From positions 163,061,940 to 163,125,939 of the forward strand of contig NC_068981.1 of NCBI RefSeq assembly GCF_001194135.2: a stretch of DNA of 64,000 nt, given 5' to 3'. Origin of the DNA: Octopus bimaculoides. Lineage: Eukaryota. Positions 54,826 through 64,000 of the stretch are shown here, in pieces. The stretch's first letter is position 1. Every line of letters begins with the position of its first letter. Both the position numbers and the translations under genes were made by a program. The notes under the pieces were generated by a model, which worked only from the letters and a program-made list of their open reading frames with translations, did not search any database and was not told the origin of the DNA.

Positions 54826-55719
54826 ATTGATACCATGCTTAATGTAGACACCATTCAGAACAGAATGTTGTTGTGGGAAACCACAACAACAACTCTCTAA
54901 ATAAGTACCAGGAGCAAGCAAGTATACAATTTGTGTGTGTGTGTGTGTACTTGTGTGTGTGTGTAAAAGATAATAAAAAAGTGAGGGTGGGATCTGGTTT
55001 ATAAAAACAAAATGATTATATTTTTGATTGAATATTGATTTATAACTTCATTTCTTTTATGTCAGTCAGTTTTTAACCCTTTTGTGACTATATTTCAAAG
55101 AAGAATAGACCGCTTTTGTGTAGTTTAATTAATTTTAAATTTGCTGAGTTTTGTAAAATAACTACAACTTTTTATATTTATTGGTATTATTAAGCAGGTA
55201 TTTGACAAAGAAACGATAAATTTTTAATAAGATGAAGCCATATCCGTTGTCCACATTGATATGTACATTTTCCATACTGGAATTAGCTGAATGAGGCAGT
55301 ATTCTAAGAAAAAACTTAATTGATTTAATTTTTTAATGTTTTTTTTTTCTTTTGCAAATAAAGTTTTTTTTTAAATTTCAAAAAGGCCTTCTAATGCTGA
55401 GACCACTAGCCCATGGGGTACATCATGAGAGATGTAGATGCATGTCACAACTGCATAAGCAATGTGAATGAACAGAGCCAGAGAAGAGATATATGCACAA
55501 CAATTTCCGACAGTTTCTGTCTACCAAAGTTCACGCACATAGCATCAGTCAGTCTAAGGCTATAATAAAAGACATTTGCCCAAGGTCATTAAGATGACAA
55601 AAAAAAAAAAAACACATGATTGAGATGCAAACTTAATCATATAGCTACATCTGTACCTAAAGTCTATTAGCCAAGTGTATCCATCTATCTATCCATCTTC
55701 TCTGCAAGCATCATGAGGA

Positions 55720-55920
55720 TAGAGTCCTCAGGCACCTCCGCCTTAGGTCCCATCAGAGGTAACCATCATTAGACTTTCTGGCTAGATTCCCGAACGAGAC
55801 CAACCGAGACAATGGATATTATCCAACCATCTTATTCTTGGTCTATCCATTGGGTTTCCTGCTGGTTACCTCAGCTTGAAGAATCTGTGTTGTAATTCTT
55901 TTCTGGGACATATTAGTCAG
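55720..55920 (-). mobile_element. RTE LINE ORF2 3' fragment
   Basis: Translates to PMDRPRIRWLDNIHCLGWSR, resembling the RTE GRPRTRW motif. Confidence 0.55.
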
Positions 55921-56109
55921 GTAAGAATGAAATCTCAAATGAGATTGTTTTAAACATAAATATGAACACACTTGTTTAGCAGCAGAAGATAATTGAGTAA
56001 TTAAGTGTTTTACAATAGAGGATTGGTTAAGAGAGTGACAATTTAGGACAGGTCAATTGGGACTGAAAGGATAATTAATATGAGAAATTATAGGGGAGAA
56101 TTTACGAAA

Positions 56110-56250
56110 AAACAACAGACGAAGGCAGGTGGTGTAAACAACAAATGGATGTATTATTATAATGCTCGGGAATAGAAAAAGTCTTTAACGTTTCGAGCCT
56201 ACGCTCTTCAACAGAAAGGAACACAGAAAGAAATAAGGAGAGAAACAAGG
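56110..56250 (-). mobile_element. Short repeat carrying hammerhead copy 1, possibly a Penelope-like terminal remnant
   Basis: Similar to 54690-54825. Confidence 0.45.
56181..56220 (-). ncRNA. Minimal type I hammerhead-ribozyme-like motif, copy 1 (variant core CUGUUGA, GUU cleavage triplet)
   Basis: Minus strand reads cttt CTGTTGA a GAGC gtag GCTC GAA AC GT T aaag: stem I, core, stem II, GAAA and palindromic ACGT helix III. Confidence 0.6.
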
Positions 56251-56317
56251 AGAGAAAAAAAATTATAAATTTTAGCTTTTACAAACAAATACATATATAA
56301 GCAAGGACCTTCTTTAC

Positions 56318-56568
56318 CTGTTCATATTTTTCAAGTTCTGTATGATATATCTGTCGTATTTGTGCAAGCTTGGCCCTGTAATCTGAATGTTCAATCGCAC
56401 TGTCGGGTTGGCCTGGACCACTGGATGCAGCCGCTGTTGCATTAGCTGCAGCCGATGAGCCACCTCCTTTCTCAGGCCCTGCAACACCTTCAGCAATCAA
56501 CATGTTATCCAGTCTCATTAATTGAGGGTCTGCAGGTTCTTCTTCTTGTGTACCACGGATACTTAAAA
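56318..56568 (-). CDS. PBX: PBX exon, PBC-A/PBC-B region (vertebrate exon 3 equivalent): [38 protein letters not shown]...[24 protein letters not shown]
   Basis: Acceptor ttctag|TTTTAAGT, donor GAACAG|gtaaag; 251 nt; hallmark PBC motifs. Confidence 0.97.
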
Positions 56569-57405
56569 CTAGAATAGAAGAAAAAGATAAGGATAGCTGT
56601 TAGAATAGAATTCTCAACTTCAATGTGGTGGGTTATTTATAACAATAATAATGATTCTAACATAACCCAAAATGCCAAAGTTTCAAGTGGTCAATGTAGC
56701 ATATAGTAAATGTAATGATTCACTCACTATATTAGTAGCACTTAATTTAACAATCACAGAAGGATTTCAAGCAGAAACAGTCTTTTCAGGATTAGAACTC
56801 AAAATTTTAAGTGACCTAACTGAACATTGCAAAATATTTTCAAACACTATCAATTCTGTGAATTGACTGCCATAGCAACACAATGCAGTTTCTATGATAC
56901 TTTACTAGACTTTCTACTCTAATGCAATAGTAAGGATACTTATTTTAAAGCATAATTGATAAAAAATATCATTAGTTCACTTTATTGTGAACAGAAAGTA
57001 ATAAGGAAGTGTCTGTAATTCAGTAGAGGACAAATATTGCTGAAGAGTTCAATCAGTGCAAGATATAGATGTACATAGGCATACACAGAAAAATATAATT
57101 ATACATATTATATCATGAGCTTTCACAGTTTTGTTACTAAATTCAACTAACAAACCAAGCATTGACCTGAGGCTATAGTAGAAAGCGCTTTCATAAGATG
57201 CCATGCAGTGGGAATGAAAACAGACATGGTTGAGAAACCAACTTCTTAACCACATAATATTGGTGTTCAATGAATCACACAGTAAGCCATATGATAATAA
57301 ATGTTTCAGCCTAGGGCAAAACTGACTGAGCACACATGCAATGAAAGGCATTCCTGTCGAGATCAACCATTTATTATTATTTTTGCACTGTTCAACTATT
57401 TAAAT

Positions 57406-57444
<39 letters not shown>

Positions 57445-57647
57445 TACATACAAGCAAACCACCACTACCATCATCATCAGTCATTTTATGCTTGCTTCCC
57501 ATGATTGTGTGTATATGTATACACACAAGTATATATATATATATATATATATATAACTACATACACATAAATACACAAACACACATACATGTATGTATGT
57601 ATGCATGCATATATGTAAACATATGTATCTCTTTCTCTCTCTATTTA

Positions 57648-57696
<49 letters not shown>

Positions 57697-58351
57697 NNNN
57701 NNNNNNNNNNNNNNNNNNNNNNNNNNNNNNNNNNNNNNNNNNNNNNNNNNNNNNNNNNNNNNNNNNNNNNNNNNNNNNNNNNNNNNNNNNNNNNNNNNNN
57801 NNNNNNNNNNNNNNNNNNNNNNNNNNNNNNNNNNNNNNNNNNNNNNNNNNNNNNNNNNNNNNNNNNNNNNNNNNNNNNNNNNNNNNNNNNNNNNNNNNNN
57901 NNNNNNNNNNNNNNNNNNNNNNNNNNNNNNNNNNNNNNNNNNNNNNNNNNNNNNNNNNNNNNNNNNNNNNNNNNNNNNNNNNNNNNNNNNNNNNNNNNNN
58001 NNNNNNNNNNNNNNNNNNNNNNNNNNNNNNNNNNNNNNNNNNNNNNNNNNNNNNNNNNNNNNNNNNNNNNNNNNNNNNNNNNNNNNNNNNNNNNNNNNNN
58101 NNNNNNNNNNNNNNNNNNNNNNNNNNNNNNNNNNNNNNNNNNNNNNNNNNNNNNNNNNNNNNNNNNNNNNNNNNNNNNNNNNNNNNNNNNNNNNNNNNNN
58201 NNNNNNNNNNNNNNNNNNNNNNNNNNNNNNNNNNNNNNNNNNNNNNNNNNNNNNNNNNNNNNNNNNNNNNNNNNNNNNNNNNNNNNNNNNNNNNNNNNNN
58301 NNNNNNNNNNNNNNNNNNNNNNNNNNNNNNNNNNNNNNNNNNNNNNNNNNN
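57697..58351. other. Assembly gap. Others at 34148-34284, 37344-37353, 42771-42797, 51441-51450 and 60389-61019.
   Basis: Runs of N, mostly bordered by microsatellites. Confidence 0.99.
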
Positions 58352-58410
<59 letters not shown>

Positions 58411-59046
58411 AAGAAAGCTAGATAAATTCAATTAGGTTTGTTATATCTACATGGAGCACAAAAAGAATACAGAATACATATATAAGAAAATATATATGTA
58501 TATAAATAACTTATGCAATGTCTTATCTCAACAGCTGTTTCAAGAAGCCAAGAGTTGTGTAATAATCATAATTTGCAGGAGATATATGCAACAAGTTATA
58601 AGCATGCAACTGGTGACAAGTCAGATAAAGTTATTATAGCAAGTCCAGTTTCCATTATCAAAAGAAGATTGGCAAATATATATGTATAGACACACACACT
58701 TCTATACACTTGACAGGATACAACAGGTTGGAGGATTGTGTTGTGCTCTAAAGCCTGCATTGGTATACTTTCTTCCTTACATCACCCACTTCATAGTGTG
58801 AATTGGGTGCTTTTTTTTTTTTTGTCGTAGTACCAGTACCAGTGAGCTCAGCATATTACTCACAAAACTAAGATCTCCCACCTAAACTAAGTGGAGCTAC
58901 ATTAAGAAGGGAAGTAGGTGATGAAAGGTTGGCAATTAAAGGAAGGGGCTAGAACAGGTTTCTTTCTGTAGAATACATGGCTGCTCACATTATACAAGGG
59001 CGAGAGGGGGTAATTGATGTGGAGCTGGAAAGAGATTTTGTATGCA

Positions 59047-59093
<47 letters not shown>

Positions 59094-60014
59094 AAAGACA
59101 ATCTACATTTTTCTATAGATGTTTTCTGAAGAAAAAACAAAAACAAACTTTACAATAGGTGCATCAAGCATCAAGATGTTTTACTAAAAAATTTTCCTTC
59201 GTTTTCATTTTAACTAATCTATATTTCTGTTAAAATAATGAATGTTTGGGAGATAATTAATCAAAATAACGGCAAACAAAATAATCACACACCCCACCCA
59301 CAAAAAAGAACATCACAAACAATAAAAGAACGACAGTCTAAAATATAAACTAGATAAATAAATGAATATATAAAATATTTGTATTAACAACTAGAAGATT
59401 CTTTTTTTTGTACAATAGGTCATGCAATGTTTAGCAGTTCCTTGAGTTATTGGCGAAATATTGATATCTTATCTAGTTTCTCTGCATTTGATTAATCTGA
59501 TTTCATTTAGATTATAACGGAAGAGAATGGTGCTAAGAGAGGGAGTGAGTGGGGAGGAGAGAAAAAGAAAGACAAAGGGAAGAAGAGAGAGAGATGCAGA
59601 GAAGCAAAATGTCACTCATCATTCAATAAACAACAGAAGAGAAGAAAAAGAACAGGATTTAAGGTTTCTAAAGATATTTCCGAACTACAAATACAATTTT
59701 GACTATTGGTTTATACATGTGTGTGCGTGTATGTGTATGTGTGTGTATGTGTGTGTATGTGTGACAGTGTTTGTGCACATGTATATATATATATACATAT
59801 ACATATATATATATATATATATTTGTGTGTGTGTGAAATAGATAAGTGTATACATGTACATTCATGCAAATGGTTTAACCCTGGATAAATTTCTTCATTA
59901 ACTTAGTGCACCTGCTCTTTGTGTTTGTGCGTGTGTGTGAGTGAGTGAGAGAGAAAGAGAGAGAGACAGAGAGACAGAGAGATAGAGAGAGAGAGAGAAA
60001 GAGAGAGTGTGTAG

Positions 60015-60178
60015 GAACAGGCATGGCTGTGTGGTAAGGAGTTTGTTTCTCAACGACATGGTTCTAGGTTCAGTCCCACTGCTTGGGCTTCTTGGGCAAG
60101 TGTCTTCTGCTATAGCTTCAAGCTGACCAAAGCCTTGTAAGTGGATTTAGTTGACAGAAATTGAAAGAAGCCTGTTAT
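60015..60178 (+). mobile_element. 5' half of the second SINE family
   Basis: Collinear with 16485-16640. Confidence 0.7.
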
Positions 60179-60204
60179 ACACACACACATATATATATAT
60201 ATAT

Positions 60205-61357
60205 CATCATCATCATCATCATCATCATCGTTTAACGTCCGCTTTCCATGCTAGCATGGGTTGGACGATTTGACTGAGGACTGGTGAAACCGGATGGCAA
60301 CACCAGGCTCCAGTCTAATTTGGCAGAGTTTCTACAGCTGGATGCCCTTCCTAACGCCAACCACTCAGAGAGTGTAGTGGGTGCTTTTNNNNNNNNNNNN
60401 NNNNNNNNNNNNNNNNNNNNNNNNNNNNNNNNNNNNNNNNNNNNNNNNNNNNNNNNNNNNNNNNNNNNNNNNNNNNNNNNNNNNNNNNNNNNNNNNNNNN
60501 NNNNNNNNNNNNNNNNNNNNNNNNNNNNNNNNNNNNNNNNNNNNNNNNNNNNNNNNNNNNNNNNNNNNNNNNNNNNNNNNNNNNNNNNNNNNNNNNNNNN
60601 NNNNNNNNNNNNNNNNNNNNNNNNNNNNNNNNNNNNNNNNNNNNNNNNNNNNNNNNNNNNNNNNNNNNNNNNNNNNNNNNNNNNNNNNNNNNNNNNNNNN
60701 NNNNNNNNNNNNNNNNNNNNNNNNNNNNNNNNNNNNNNNNNNNNNNNNNNNNNNNNNNNNNNNNNNNNNNNNNNNNNNNNNNNNNNNNNNNNNNNNNNNN
60801 NNNNNNNNNNNNNNNNNNNNNNNNNNNNNNNNNNNNNNNNNNNNNNNNNNNNNNNNNNNNNNNNNNNNNNNNNNNNNNNNNNNNNNNNNNNNNNNNNNNN
60901 NNNNNNNNNNNNNNNNNNNNNNNNNNNNNNNNNNNNNNNNNNNNNNNNNNNNNNNNNNNNNNNNNNNNNNNNNNNNNNNNNNNNNNNNNNNNNNNNNNNN
61001 NNNNNNNNNNNNNNNNNNNGCCAGCAGGGGTAAGAGCTCTCTAAACTTTGCCCAGGCTATTCTTATTCTAGCAGCTACACTTTCAGCGCACCCACCCCCA
61101 CTACTAACTTGGTTGCCCAGATAGCGGAAGCTATCGACTACCTCTAGTTTTTCACCCTGGAATGAGATAGAAGTTGTTTCCTGTTTGTTTACAGTCTTTA
61201 TTGCACCTGAACATCTGCCACAAACAAAAACTAACTTGCTAGTTAACCTGCCTTTGATGTTGCTGCACCTCTTATGTGTCCATAGCTTGCACCGGGTACA
61301 TCTTATAGAGTTACTACCTACTCCTTTTCTACATACTGAGCTGGGCCATCTACCTGA
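60205..61357 (-). mobile_element. 5'-truncated RTE-clade LINE: ORF2 fragment with PHD-like finger at 61020-61357, assembly gap, and 3' tail ending (GAT)n at 60205-60388
   Basis: EVVDSFRYLGNQVSSGGGCAESVAARIRIAWAKFRELLPLL; tail matches 12416-12592. Confidence 0.8.
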
Positions 61358-63254
61358 CACACACACAAACATATATATATATATAAACATATCTTACTAC
61401 CAAAACAATTTAGTGCTAACAAAAAGAAGAGCAGCTGTTCCAAAATCATGCCTCAAATAAATTCCAATTCAACATGTCTAGGATGAAAACAGAAAAAGAA
61501 AACATACATACATACATGCATACACACAACCACACATTTGTACAGTTTAAAAGAAAAAAAAATACAGGAATTTGTATACTAAATGGATACTGAAAGAAAA
61601 TGGTGCACAATACAACTGGAAATAACTGCAAAAAAAGCCAAAAAAAATGAAGAATCACTTTTAGACTAACAGGAGATGCACACTTTGTTTAGCAGAGAAA
61701 AAAATAATCAGTCTGAGAAGGCCTCCTGAATTCACAGAACATACCCATGACAAAAATTAAATTATAGCCAACTGGTCAGTTCTACCCTTACAACAAAGGG
61801 CTAGCTTTTGTCCTATTTCAAGTAATCATCCCCCACACAACTCTTCTTAGAGGAATATATTTTCATGCATAGACATGCTTTTTCAAAAATCCTCTCCCTC
61901 ACCATGTCTGTGTGTCTCTTTCTCTCTTTCCACCTATCCTTCTCTATACAAAAAATTCAGGTAGACAGTTGTCACTGGAATGCTGACACCTAGGATAATA
62001 GCTAAAGGAATCAATATAAAAGATATAACTCTGAAGGGCTTTAAAGGCCAACCTTGTTTTATGACTCATTTTCAACACAGGGCGGGACTAGGGGAGTTTT
62101 AATCCATGTTTTTTTTCTTCTTTTTTTAAATCTCTGTGACTTGTAAACTGGATTGTGGTGTTCTTACACTTCCAGTACAAAAGAGCTCAAGTTATACTTT
62201 TTTGGCTGTTATGAATACTGTGAGCGCACGCATACACTAACGTGTGTTTATACACATAAAATGATAAAGAAAGGTAGAGACATAAAGAGAACAGGTGGGT
62301 AGAGAAAGGGAAAGATTTATGTATAACAAATTGCACTCAAAATTTTGAAAGGGATGTAAGTTAACATGATGGCTATACAAACTATTTGTAAACAAACATC
62401 TGTCACTCCCCCAATAAATATGCACATTTGTTTTCAAATAAGTGTATCTTGTTATCAGTATCTCGTCTTTGTATCTATGTATTGTTTGTAATGTTACATG
62501 CAAGTTGCATGTTCTGTTTAGTTTCTTTGTCAACTAGCAATGATTAAAACTTTCTTTAATGTTTCGATATAATAAAAGAAAAAAAAATTTAATGTCTTGA
62601 TATAATAAAGAATAAAATTCTTCAATTCTGGAAATACTTGGACCAAGAAATGCTTGAAAATTGTGTAAGAGTATATTGGTTGTTCTTTTATTGCCACTTT
62701 CGACATACACATACTTGCATTAATAAATATAAAGCTTCTGAAATGGAGAAAATTCACTGTTGCTTTGCTCTATAATGGTAACACATTTGTCATGTTCACA
62801 GAAGACGTGGGTTTCAGTCCCCGCATCTTTCTTTCCACTCAAAGAGTTTTTTAAAATCCAATATTCTTCAAGTGAATATTTATAACTTTATTTCGAGCTC
62901 AGCTGTTAAAAATCACACACACACACACACATTATGAGCCATGCTTAACCTGCTGTATTATTCAAACAGTTAAATAAGGAAGTCAACGTGAACTTTGCAG
63001 TAAATATCTTTGCTCTCAATAAAAACACTTGAGTTCCTCAATCAGCAAATGTTGCAGAGTTTTAAAATAATGACCTCAATTCAAAAACAGATCAAACACA
63101 CAAATTCCCCATATACACACAACAGGCTGCTGGTTGACAGAGTAGCTAGAGTGCCAGACAGGTTTTGGAGCCTGACGATATGCCATAAAGCTAAGCCCTC
63201 TATGGACGGGAAACCGGCCTTCTCCAGCTAAATATATACTGCTTTACATCTTAG

Positions 63255-63915
63255 AGTGTGCTGACTTGGATGGATTCTTAGGACTTTTAGAACAAGAGAT
63301 CAGGAAACCATGATGGTTCTCTGGAGGACACATGTCCTAAGCCACTTTTGACTATTGCTCTCAGCAGAACTTGAGGCAATCCAACGAAACTACACAAAGA
63401 AGATAGCCTCTATGCAGCATATAAGTTACTGGGAAAGACTCAAGAGATTAAAACTCTATTCCTTTAGAGCATAGGTGAGAAAGATATGCCATAATATACA
63501 TCTGGAAGATCCTGGAGGGACTTGTCCCAAACTTTGGCATCGAGAGTTACACAAATACTCGAATCGGGTGCCACTGCATGATGCCAAGGAATCCAAATTT
63601 GCCATCAAGATATAGGACAAGATACTCCAACAGCCTGGGATTCAGTGGACCACAGCTCTTCAATATCCTGCTGAAGGAACTGAGAGAGACTTGTGTGGGG
63701 TGGATGTAGGTGTCTTCAAAATGAATCTGGACCTCTTACTGTCATGTGTCCCAGATGAACCAACTTCACAGCAGTAGGTGCAGATGAGAGCAGCAGTGAA
63801 CTCCTTCATGCACTAAATGTCAATTTCTAAAAAGAATTAGTGAAGTAAAATTATGTAGCAACACCAAATGGCAGTGCCCCATCATGGCCACAGCTCATGA
63901 GCTGAAACTATATCA
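63255..63915 (+). mobile_element. CR1/L2-group LINE ORF2 C-terminal fragment, frameshifted
   Basis: GWILRTFRTRDQETMMVLWRTHVLSH, LEAIQRNYTKKI, SYWERLKRLKLYS, ERYAIIYIWKILEGLVPNF, GPQLFNIL. Confidence 0.75.
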
Positions 63916-63961
63916 AATCAAATCATATATATACATACATACATACACACACATATACACT

Positions 63962-63997
<36 letters not shown>

Positions 63998-64000
63998 TAT

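Noticed and set aside
57481-58435. Long ORFs of 250-316 aa
   Set aside because: Made of N-gap X residues and dinucleotide repeats
56569-64000. PBX 5' exons (KHALNCHRMKPALF...EIKEKT region)
   Set aside because: No matching frame found by eye; probably beyond the window, or conceivably hidden in a gap

Overview
AT-rich, microsatellite- and transposon-dense animal DNA. The repeat families and gene structure suggest an octopus (inference). The window holds the 3' two-thirds of one gene on the minus strand: the TALE-class homeobox gene PBX/extradenticle. Five exons are clear (56318-56568, 47198-47388, 40291-40426, 18022-18169, 4455-4588) and a sixth, terminal exon is probable (from 4298, VDTECLSQF*). 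All have GT-AG boundaries and consistent phases; the 5' exons were not found and probably lie beyond 64000. Introns of 0.16-22 kb contain tRNA-derived SINEs (including head-to-tail arrays), decayed LINEs (R4/Dong-like, RTE, CR1-like), TTAA-flanked MITEs, two long fold-back hairpins and six assembly gaps. Main leads: (1) two same-orientation minimal hammerhead-ribozyme-like motifs with a non-canonical core, in the sense strand of the intron just after the PBC exon; (2) an exon equivalent to the vertebrate PBX1a/1b cassette, with extra acceptor choices and a very short C-terminus; (3) a ~1.1 kb UGUUAC-rich tract in the probable 3' UTR; (4) a PHD-like finger inside an RTE ORF2. No tools were run: comparisons to known proteins are from memory, and repeat boundaries are approximate.
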